DNA from: the human T2T-CHM13v2.0 reference genome, Homo sapiens
Reading direction: 5' to 3' (one strand)
Length of the DNA: 64,000 nucleotides
Assembly: GCF_009914755.1 (NCBI RefSeq)
Contig: NC_060935.1
The translations under genes and the position numbers were made by a program. Positions 25,501 through 42,201 of the stretch are shown here, one piece after another. The notes beneath the pieces were generated by a model, which saw only the letters and a program-made list of their open reading frames with translations, was not told the DNA's origin and ran no database searches. Each line of letters begins with the position of its first letter. Position 1 is the first letter of the stretch.

Positions 25501-26010
25501 ACACTACATGTTGCTTTGGCAACAGCTATAGTATCAAAGTGCATTACTGGTGGAGTTTTACAGTCTGTGAAGCTTACTGGATAAGGAGAGAATAGCTTTT
25601 ATGTACTGACTTCATAAAAGCCATCTCAGAGCCATTGATACAAGTCAATCTTACTATATGTAACTTCAGACAAAGTGGAACTAAGCCTGCTCCAGTGTTT
25701 CCTCATCATTGATTATTGGGCTAGCTGTGGATAGCTTGCATTAATTGTATATTTTGGATTCTGTTTGTGTTGAATTTTTTAATCATTGTGCACAGAAGCA
25801 TCATTGGTAGCTTTTATATGCAAATGGTCATTTCAGATGTATGGTGTTTTTACACTACAAAGAAGTCCCCCATGTGGATATTTCTTATACTAATTGTATC
25901 ATAAAGCCGTTTATTCTTCCTTGTAAGAATCCTTTACTATAAATATGGGTTAAAGTATAATGTACTAGACAGTTAAATATTTTTAATAAATGTTTCCCTT
26001 GTTCTATAAA
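25501..26010 (+). other. BMAL1: BMAL1 3'UTR (end approximate)
   Basis: Follows the stop codon, repeat-free, ends about 20 nt after AATAAA. Confidence 0.85.
25985..25990 (+). terminator. BMAL1 polyadenylation signal AATAAA
   Basis: Canonical hexamer about 490 nt after the stop, in U-rich context. Confidence 0.8.
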
Positions 26011-26754
26011 TACTGTTCACATTTCAAATAATTAGAAAAAAAATCCTACGTGTTGCAGGGCTGGATTATAAGTTTCTACAGTGGGTGTTCAAGGATGATC
26101 TACGCCAGTAGCATTTGTGGTGCTTTTCTGGCCTTCATAACGATTCTGGGCTTGCATAATTTCCCCATGCTACTAGCTTAGCTGTGTTGTTAAAATAGTT
26201 CATTTATAAATTGTTGCAATTTTAATTTATGTGAGAACAAAGATGTTACTGCTTATCCACAAACATCGAATCCTCTGAAATTATAAATTCAAGATTATAT
26301 TTAACAAATTGGCTTCTCTAATGCTGCACCTCTCTAATACTACTTCAGTTATATAGTAAGTGACCCCAGTCCTAAAGCACCTAAATATTTGATCCCTTCT
26401 TGAATTGGACCACAGAATATTTAGAATAGCATTTGCATAAATAATTTGCTAAGCAAAGTAGCATGGTATAATGGAAAAAGCACTGAACTAGTATGAGAAA
26501 CTGGCTCTGAAACTTAGGGTGACTATATGACCTAGTAAAGTCATTTTGCCCTTCATATCAAGTTGGACTAGAAAATACTCTTTTCAGCTCTAATAAATAT
26601 TGTTTTGATTTATAGTACATTTTATAATTAGGGAATTTAAATGCCTCATCACACATATAGTAAAAGTTCCTTGAGCTACTATTTCTAATAATACTTACAC
26701 CACCGAGATGGGAAATTATGAGACTAAAAATCTGGTCAATGTGGTTATAAATTT

Positions 26755-27574
26755 GGTCAGAAACATTAAAACAATGGAATTTTATTTTGATGAAAAACTC
26801 AAGTTTACAATCATTTAGTAAATGAAGAGCAAACACTTCATTTTCCTATCCCATAACTCTTAAGAAAAAAAAAGCATTAGTAAATAAATATCTGTGAACA
26901 GATTAAGGGTAAGGCAGACTGGATAATAAACCACCTCTGACATTCACACTCCCTGCATGTGACTCACTCTAAAGGGTGAAATGGCTCTGGAGATAACTGA
27001 ACTGGTAAGATATGGGCATTAAATCTCATCCTGATCATTCAGATAAGCCCAAGATAAATACTTTTTGCTCATCAAGGGCAGCAAACTATACAAATTGTAC
27101 TGGAGGAATACTTTGACAGAAGCACTTAAATTATATTGTGCATCACAACTATAAAATGGCTTGAACATTTCCATTTAACCACCATTTATAAAGTGCAACT
27201 ATATATTACTCTGCATTTTATCTGAGGTGTGATGAATATCAGTCCAAACTGAAAGTACCCCAGCTGCCAATTTCCACCACTTCTGAAAAGACCTAGCTGT
27301 GTGAAAAAGGACCATCCCCCATACAAAGAACCAATTTCACAAACCTACTGGTAAACAAATACATTTACAACTGGAACTTCAAAATGCTAGAGTTGTACTC
27401 ATTTAAAAAAAAACCATTCAGCTACCTTTGGTCTTTAAAAAAGCCTACACTGCAATATCCTAAACATTGTTATGTGCATCTCACAATGAAGAAGAGTGGC
27501 CTTGCAGTGCAGAATGAGGAGAGTACAACGTCACTGTGAAGAGTAGCATGCTATGGTTTCAAGGAAGATCAGCA
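26755..27574 (-). other. BTBD10: BTBD10 3'UTR (end approximate)
   Basis: AU-rich, repeat-free stretch between the TGA and the poly(A) signal. Confidence 0.8.
26781..26786 (-). terminator. BTBD10 polyadenylation signal AATAAA
   Basis: TTTATT on the + strand about 790 nt past the BTBD10 stop. Confidence 0.75.
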
Positions 27575-27964
<390 letters not shown>

Positions 27965-28180
27965 CTATAGATCCTAAAGAAACAAATTTAAAACAAAGAA
28001 GTGAAAACAATATTCCATCCACCTACTCATCAGTTCATGAGCCAGACATGAAAACCCTACTGATGTAATTCATAAAATCTTCTATCATTCTTTCAATTAC
28101 TCAATATATCAACCATCAAAAAAACATTATTAAAGTAGGAGTATGTTGGAGCAGATCTTGGTCTCTAGCTATGTATCCTT

Positions 28181-28466
28181 TTTTTTTTTTGACATGGAGT
28201 CTCACTTTGTCACCCAGGCTGGAGTGCCATGTGTGACCTTGGTTTACTGCAACCTCTGCTTCCCAGGTTCAAGCAATTCTCCCACCTCAGTCTCCAGAGT
28301 AGCGCGGATTACAGGCATGTGCCACCATGCCCGGCTAATTTTTGTGTTTTTAGTAGAGGGGGGGTTTCACCACGTTGCCCAGGCTGGTCTCGAACTCCTG
28401 ACCTCAAGTGATCTGCCTCGGCCTCCCAAATTGCTGGGATTACAGGCGCAAGCCACCATGCCGGCC
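28181..28466 (-). mobile_element. AluS
   Basis: TSD TCTAGCTAYGTATCCTT at 28164-28180 and 28467-28483. Confidence 0.92.
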
Positions 28467-29075
28467 TCTAGCTACGTATCCTTATATTCTCGTCACAGGA
28501 TTACCCGGCCTACAGGCCTGGAATTTAGCCACATTAGCCTTCTAGTTTCCTTAAACCTACATCTCGTCTTTATATTGCTCTGAGTTTTTTCTTTTCTTTT
28601 TGTTAAATGAAAAAGCTGTACAGCTGTCCAGGTGGTTCTAGATACTTCTGCATCTAGATCAGCAAGGCCAATATTTTAACCTCCCATATCATTTTAACAT
28701 TACTACTCCCAACAACCAAGCATTCAATTTGCAGTCACATTCCCGAAGCAGCGTTCCCTGATTAATAGTACCTAATATTACCTTCCTCTTTTGGAACATA
28801 GTCACTTAAAAGTAAGGACAACCCTAGATTTGAAAAAAAAAATTAGTTATTTACTAGTAAGGCCACTTCTCCAAAGATCAACTGTCCTTAAGAAACTATT
28901 ATAGACCCCTTCCCTCCTTTCTTCTAGTAAGAATTAACTAGTTTGGGATTGGCAAACATTTTCTGTAAAGGTCCAGAGTAAATACTTCAGGCTTGTAGGC
29001 CACATGGTTTCTACTAGAGCTACTTTTCACTCTGCCACTGTAAAGTGAAATCAGCCACAGAGAATACGTAAATGA

Positions 29076-29380
<305 letters not shown>

Positions 29381-30432
29381 ACATGTGTATGTTTCAATAA
29401 AACTTTATAAAAAAGAGGCAATGAGCTGATTTTGGCCCATAGGCCAAAGTTAGACCATAGTTAGAATCAGAAAAAATAGAATGGTCTCACATAGTAGGGG
29501 ATCAATTAATGATTACTGCATAAGGGAATGCATGTAGGCATCATTGGTAGCTAGTACAAATAGCCATGTGTGGAGTATGTGTGTATGTGGTGGGGGTGAG
29601 ATAGGTGCAGCAGGTGAACAAAACTGAAAATCTAAAAACCTGTAGAATGTCTTCATTTCATACTTTTGGTCAATTACCTCTGAAGGCAGCACCAGAAATC
29701 AGAAAGGTCTCCATCTCCATTCCCTTGTCCTTGATTCCTCCTGGACTATTAGAAAGACTTTAAAATTCCCATCTCCTTGTATTCTGTCCCCACACAAAAT
29801 AACCACTCCAGACAAATGTAATCATATTACAATCCTTGCTTAAAAACTACCAATGGTTTCCTCGTGCTTAATTGGAAGGTCTGTACTCCTCAGAATATTA
29901 TACAAGGCTTTTTTTACAGCCTGGTTCCATATCTACTTACTGTCATCTACTATCATGCTACACTCTAACTCTAGAGTTCTTAAATACACCTGCCATATTA
30001 AGCTTTCCCCAAACATGCTTTTACACAAATTGTTCTGCTGCCTCTTCCCTCTCAGCCTCCTGATCCCTGCGCTCCACCTTCTTTTATCCCTGGCAAAAAC
30101 ATTAAGACTCTCCACACAGTTAATCATTCACTTCTTATGCTCCATAGCACTCCCATATGTTAACAATACTTAACAGAACTAAACTGTAATTACCTTTTTG
30201 TATGTCTGACTCTCTGACCTAAATAATGAGTTCCTATATGGCTTTGACTTTATGAACAATTTGTTGGTGTATCCTCAGTGCCTAGCATAGTACCTGATAC
30301 ACTGCAGGTGCTAAACAAATATTTGAACAAAGAGTGAATGAACTACCAGGATATGCCAGTTATAAGTAATAACCTCTTCCAATATCCATCTTACTCAACA
30401 TTTTTTCCTTTAAAAATAAAGTAAAATCAGCC

Positions 30433-30756
<324 letters not shown>

Positions 30757-33489
30757 CTATTCAGTCAACAGTTAATGGTTTAGCAGCTACTGCATCACAA
30801 AATTGTAATGCCAGATCACTACCTTAAGGTGTTTATGGTCTATTGAGAGTCATTAAATTGTTCATAAAGTCAAAGAATATTCCAAAGAGCAAATATACGT
30901 ACATAAGAGAAAGTGTTAAAGCAATAGTGGAAGCGTAAAGAATTCAGAAGATGAATGAGATTCTAATGGACTAAAATAGAAAAAGCTTCTTGAATGCCTT
31001 CCTTAATCTTCATGGATGAGCAAGATTGGGATGGGCAGAAACAAGGGGAGTGCAAGGTAGGCAGAGAGAGTATCATTCTAAGGAGAGAATGGCATCAGGT
31101 AAGCTAGAGAGGCAGGAACACAGAAGATGGTTTAGGAGACCCTAACACATGTATGACTGGAGCAGAAAGTGTACTGGGAAATAGCTGGAGGTAACATTAG
31201 AAGACAGATTATGGTCAAATGGAGGACAGCCATGAGTAAATTCTACTCTTTAATAAAGAGTAAATTATACTCTTTATTAAAAGAGAAGCTCAGATTTTTT
31301 TTTTTAGCTTAGTTTGTTCAAATCTTGCAGAGAACAAAATTTTGTATGCAGTTCCAGAAACATGGAATTGGGAAATGAGAGGTTCTGTATATAGGTGAAC
31401 TTTCAGTGATAAGAGCCAGTCCTACTACTGTCTTGCCATTCCTGCCCAGGATGCAGAGGGTAGAATAATTCACAATCCCATCCAATTAAAGACTTCATTA
31501 CTTTGCCTCGCATTTCCTATATTCTATGGGAACTGTAATTCCACAATTATTTTAGAGTTTGTTGTCTTAAACTTCAGGTTCTGTTCTAAGTCTCAGCCAA
31601 TTACTCTGACAGAAGAGAGCTTTCTACTGAGTTCAGGACAAGGACTAATGATGGGAGTTAAGGCCACATCCAATATGGTCTGCTCGATGGGGTAGCAGTA
31701 GTCCTAAACTGCCTTAAGAACCCAACCCTAGGAGGTTGAGAGATGTTGTTCCATTAAGGGATAAGTGAAACAAACAAAATGAAAAACCCCAAAGAAGTGC
31801 CTTTTGGTGGAATTGTGGTGTGGAGAATGATTTAGGTAAGAATTATTTGTGCTTTCCCACAACACATTTGTGTTTAACAACAGCAATAAACCCAAAAAGC
31901 CTGCTTAAAAGTAAGTAGAAGAGGCCTTAGGTAGGCCTGACTATAGCAATCTCTCAATATGAATATGGGACCACAGAGCTAAAATTATTTTTTGAATACT
32001 TCCGGCCTTATATTTCACCTTTTCTCACATATCCAAGTTCTCTCTGGTCCTCCTCATGTCTCTTATACACCAACCCAATCTAGCTCCCATAAAAGTCAAC
32101 ACATTTAATATTCTAATAAACTCTTTTTAAGGGACTTGGGATTGGTATGGCAGGGGCATAGAAATGGTGGGGGAGGATAGTAACAAAATGGCTAACTCGG
32201 AAATCTCAATTTTTTTTCTGTAATTCCAGGAAAGTCTCAACACTTCTGCTGGGGTTATGACTATTCTACTTATTTTTTCAAGAGGTAAAAGTAATAGACT
32301 TGAAAAGAAAATACGGCTATTGGTGTACATATTAGTGGAGAAAGAAAAGAGTGCTTCAGTACATAGAAGCAGTTATTGAAAAAAAGAACAGAAGAGCCTG
32401 GTTAGTTACCGTCCTGCCAAAGTCAAGCCCAATATCATAGATTGTAGTACACAGGCAACTAATATTGGCTATTTAAGTGGAAATTTTTTTAATTTTAAAT
32501 TTTTAATTTTTAAAATTTCTACTTAAAATAATATTTCAAAACCACTCACAGACTCAAATCACACAGACTTGGATTCAAGACCTGGCTCTGCTATTTATTC
32601 CCCAAAAAACTTTAATAAGTATTTAACCTTTTAAGCTTTAGCTTCTTTCTCTTAAAAACAGAGATAATGATAGCTAACCAAATAACCTCACTAGGTAGAG
32701 GAAAGCTGTTTTACAAAATACCAGCTGATAAATGTAAAAGGAATGATAAATGAGAAAATTATCATTTTGCAATCCTTAATGAAATTACAAATTCAGGCAA
32801 AAATTATCAACTAGAATTTAAAATTTTTAGGTAATGATTAGCGGGGAGCTGAACATTCTTAGTGTCAAAATAATACCGCACAAAGGAGCATCTTAATCTT
32901 ATAATGGAGAGATGAGGTTGTCACCCACAGATATGGTTTGGCTCTGTGTTCCCATCCAAATCTCATTACAAACTGTAATCCCAACGTGTCAGGAGAGGGG
33001 CCTGGTGGGAGGTGTTTGAATCATGGCGGCAGTTTCTACCATGCTGTTCTTGTGATAGTGAGTGCTCATGAGATCTGACGGTTTAAAAGTATGTGGCAGT
33101 TCCTTCACTCTCTCCTGCCACCATGTGAAGAAGGTCCTTGCTTCCTCTTTGCCTTCTGCCATGATTGTAAGTTTCCTGAGGCCTCCCAGTCATGCTTCCT
33201 GTTAAGCCTGCGGAATTGTGCACCAAATAAACCTCTTTGCTTCTTCATAAAAGACCCACTTTCAGGTAGTTCTTTTTATTTTTTTATTATTATTATACTT
33301 TAAGTTTTAGGGTACACGTGCACAACGTGCAGGTTTATTACATATTTATACATGTGCCATGTTGGTGTGCTGCACCCATTAACTCGTCATTTAGCATTAG
33401 CTATATCTCCTAATGCTATCCCTCCGCCCTCCCCCAACCCCACAACAGTCCCGTGTGTGATGTTGCCCTTCCTGTGTCCATGTGTTCTC

Positions 33490-37331
<3,842 letters not shown>

Positions 37332-37379
37332 TTATTTTGTTCATTAGTTGATGCAGTTTCTTCCTAGCCTTGATGGTGT

Positions 37380-38400
37380 TTACAATTTGGCATGTTTTTG
37401 CAGTGGCTGGTACTGGTTGTTCCTTCCCATATTTAGTGCTTCCTTCAGGAGCTCTTGTAGGGCAGGCCTGGTGGTGACAAAATCTCTCAGCATTTGCTTG
37501 TCTGTAAAGGATTTTATTTCTCCTTCACTTATGAAGCTTAGTTTGGCTGGATATGAAATTCTGGGTTGAAAATTCTTTTCTTTAAGAATGTTGAATATTG
37601 GCCCCCACTCTCTTCTGGCTTGTAGAGTTTCTGCTGAGAGATCAGCTGTTAGTCTGATGGGCTTCCCTTTGTGGGTTACCCGACCTTTCTCTCTGGCTGC
37701 CCTTAACATTTTTTCCTTCATTTCAACTTTGGTGAATCTGACAATTACGTGTCTTGGAGTTAGTTGCTCTTCTCGAGGAGTATCTTTGTGGCGTTCTCTG
37801 TATTTCCTGAATTTGAATGTTGGCCTTCCTTGCTAGATTGGGGAAGTTCTCCTGGATAATATCCTGCAGAGTGTTTTCCAACTTGGTTCCATTCTCCCCA
37901 TCACTTTCAGGTACACCAATGAGACGTAGATTTGGTCTTTTCACATAGTCCCATATTTCTTGGAGGCTTTGTTCGTTTCTTTTTATTCTTTTTTCTCTAA
38001 ACTTCTCTTCACGCTTCATTTCATTCATTTTGTCTTCCATCGCTGATACCCTTTCTTCCAGTTGATCGCATCGGCTACTGAGGCTTGTGCATTCGTCACG
38101 TAGTTCTCGTGCCGTGGCTTTCAGCTCCATCAGGTCCTTTAAGAACTTCTCTGCATTGGTTATTCTAGTTAGCCATTCGTCTAATTTTTTTTCAAAGTTT
38201 TTAACTTCTTTGCCATTGGATTGAACTTCCTCCTTTAGCTCGGAGTAGTTTGATCTTCTGAAGCCTTCCTCTCTCAACTCGTCAAAGTCATTCTCCATTC
38301 AGCTTTGTTCCGTTGCTGGTGAGGAGCTGCATTCCTTTGGAGGAGGAGAGGCGCTCTGATTTTTAGAGTTTCCGGTTTTGCTGCTCTGTTTTTTCCCCAT
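37380..38400 (-). pseudogene. L1 ORF1, disrupted
   Basis: ATG at 38400 (MGKKQSSKTGNSK); TGA at codon 34 (38299-38301); 4-nt AACT duplication frameshift near 37760; length 1021 = 1017+4. Confidence 0.9.
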
Positions 38401-40311
38401 CTTTGTGGTTTTATCTACCTTTGGTCTTTGATGATGGTGACGTACAGATGGGTTTTTGGTGTGGATGTCCTTTCTGTTTGTTAGTTTTCCTTCTAACAGA
38501 CAGGACCCTCAGCAGCAGGTCTGTTGGAGTTTACTGGAGGTCCACTCCAGACCCTGTTTACCTTGGTATCAGCAGCAGTGCCTACAGAACAGCAGATATT
38601 GGTGAACTGCAAATGCTGCTGCCTGATCGTTCCTCTGGAAGTTTTCTCTCAGAGGAGTACCCGGCCGTGTGAGGTGTCAGTCCGCCCCTACTGGGGGGTG
38701 CCTCCCAGTTAGGCTACTCGGGGCTCAGGGACCCACTTCAGGAGGCAGTCTGCCCGTTCTCAGATCTCAAGCTGTGTGCTGGGAGAACCACTACTCTCTT
38801 CAAAGCTGTCAGACAGGGACATTTAAGTCTGCAGAGGTTATTGCTGTCTTTTGTTTGTCTGTGCCCTGCCCCCAAAGGGGGAGCCTACAGAGGCAGGCAG
38901 GCCTCCTTGAGCTGTGGTGGGCTCCACCCAGTTCGAGCTTCCAGGCCGATTTGTTTACCTACTTAAGTCTGAGCAATGGCGGGTGCCCCTCCCCCAGCCT
39001 CGCTGCCACCTTGCAGTTTGATCTCAGACTGCTGTGCTAGCAATGAGCAAGGCTCCGTGGGTGTAGGACCCTCAGAGCCAGGTGTGGGATATAATCTCCT
39101 GGTGTGCCGTTTGTGAAGCCCGTTGGAAAAGTGCAGTATTAGGGTGGGAGTGACCCGATTTTCCAGGTGCTGTCTGTCACCCCTTTCTTTGACTAGGAAA
39201 GGGAATTCCCTGACCCCTTGTGCTTCCCAGGTGAGGCGATGCCTCGCCCTGCTTCGGCTCACGCACGGTGCGCTGCACCCACTGTCCTGCACCCACTGTC
39301 CGGCACTCCCCAGTGAGATGAACCTGGTACCTCAGTTGGAAATGCAGAAATCACCCATTTTCTGCGTCGCTCACGCTGGAAGCTGTAGACTGGAGCTGTT
39401 CCTATTCGGCCATCTTGGCTCCACCCCCCAGAGGTAGTTCTTTAAAGCCGTGAGAAAACGGACTAATACACGGACTAAGCCTTTAATCTAACTTACAGTT
39501 CACAGAAATTACAGAAGAGAGGGACTAAACTGAAGAACACACCAAGGAAATAATAGGGCAAATCCAGAAGTGGGACCTTCTACAAGACAACTGGCCCAGA
39601 CTCTTCAATAGGACAATATCATAAATAAGGAACTATTCTAGATTGAGAAATTTGACAAAACAAGCAGTTAGTTGTAAGATGTGGTCCCAGATTGAATGTT
39701 GGTTTAGAGAAAACAGCTAAAAGGAAATTTGGGGAGACCACTGAGAAATTTTAATATGGATTGATTCAAATAAAGTATTCTTTAATTTTGTTGGGTATGT
39801 TAAAATATTTTTAGAGCTGCATATTAAAATATTTAGGAGTGAAATATTATATATCAGATATATATATATTACATTATATATATATACACACACACATATA
39901 ATGTACTATTTTAAATGAATTTTATATGAGGTTAATAGTAACTAGTACTTGTTATAGGTCCTTACAATTATATGAAAATTCATTTAAGAGTTATGGCCCA
40001 ATGCTTTAGAGCACTGCTATTATCTCCCTGTGACAGAGAAAGAAGTCCTCACTTTCAGTAACTAATTTACATATAGCTTTTCCATAAATCATTTATTTAC
40101 TATTTGAGAACCACCTATACCTAGGAACTAGACCACATGTTAGGTATGCAATATGCAACTTGACTTCTCTCAAGGAGCTCACAGTCTATGACCTGAACAG
40201 AGTATTATTTAGCAAATTATTCTAACGAATAATTTCACAGAGGTTCCAAGAAGGTTTCAGAGGATTTAAAGGATGGATAATAGTCGCCATGTAGAGAAAG
40301 AGGAAGTAGAG

Positions 40312-40417
40312 TGGGAAGGAAGTAATTTCTAGTAAATAATATTTGATTATCACAACTATCCTCTTGGGAAGGAAATAATTTCTAATAAATAATATTTGAT
40401 TATCACAACTATCCTCT
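40312..40417. repeat. 53-bp tandem duplication
   Basis: TGGGAAGGAARTAATTTCTARTAAATAATATTTGATTATCACAACTATCCTCT x2, 2 mismatches. Confidence 0.9.
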
Positions 40418-41766
40418 AAGATATACAGAGTATTACACTCACTACTAAGATAAAGGAAACTGATGCTCAGAAAGGCTGAGGGACTTACCTTAAGACACTT
40501 GGCCAGTATACTCCTTATCATGGCCTATAAGACCCTGCATCTTCTGATCCTACTTTATCTCTTCTACTAACTTTCAGACCAACTATATCTCTTCAAATCT
40601 CCTCCTCATTTATTATACCAGACATATGTATGTTTTCTGTACCACAAATATAGTAAGCTCATTCCTACCTCAACACTTTTGCACTTGCTATTTTCTCCGT
40701 CTAGAACCATTTTTGTCACCAGGCCTCCCCTTGAATGTCTTCTTCTCAGGAGGCCTTCCCTGTCCTCCCAATCTAAAGTAGCTCCCAGTGCCTTCTCTCT
40801 AGCTCTAAGACCAAGTAGCTAAATCTCACTGTTTACAAAGTAATGAACTAGGACACTAGACCAATGCTTCATATATCAGCAATTCCACTGCTTTTTAAGC
40901 CCAAAGTCTCTGCCCCTTCCCACACAAAAATCCTGTTTCTGGTTATTCTTCCTATATATCTCAGCAGCCCATTACTATTCTCCAACAGTTCAATCAGGTA
41001 GGTCAATGATCAACACTATTATCTTCATTATCACCATCACAAACATATACTGCAAACTTACTATGTACTAGGCAGTGTTTTAAGTGTTTTTCATATATTA
41101 ATTCATTCTATCCTTACAAAAACCTTATAAAGTACTCATTAATGCTCTCATTTTAGAGGAAAGAAACTGAGGCACAGAATTTTTAAGTGCCTTGGCCAAG
41201 GTCACAGGATTTGAACATAAGTCACAGGATTTGAATATAAGTAATCTGGCTCCAAAGCTTTTACTCTTTACATTGTCATGTTATATCAATTAAGACACTT
41301 TGTTCCTCTTATGGGTATTTTAAAATAAAAGAGGCATCTGATAAAACATTACAGAAAAATTATTTTAATTCATAAAGTAAGCTATCTAAAACTCTGTGCA
41401 TTTACATAAGATGAAAGAATATTTCATAATTTGTACTTACCTTGAAAATAAGCTATTATCATACTTTAAGACATAAGTAAGCTACTAGTAGTGCTGCTTT
41501 TACATGAATTTTAAGGAAGTAATTTTTAATTCTGTTGGGCTTCAATGATCACTACTATGCAAAAAGCCCTGCCAATCCTATGGGAATGTACATATATTCA
41601 TGTCCACACACACCACATGGGCTTTGTCAAAAATGAATTAGGGCAAACTAGGGCAGAAAAAGACAAATTCATATCTCTATCACTAGAGAATCTTATGGAA
41701 TAACAATTTCTAATGGCCTTTTATCTGTCTTCTAAGTGCAGCTGATTTTTGTTATTTATAGGTCTA

Positions 41767-42201
<435 letters not shown>

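Noticed and set aside
41201-41242. 20-bp tandem duplication in a MIR (also a 12-bp one near 51262)
   Set aside because: Ordinary slippage events with no functional hint.
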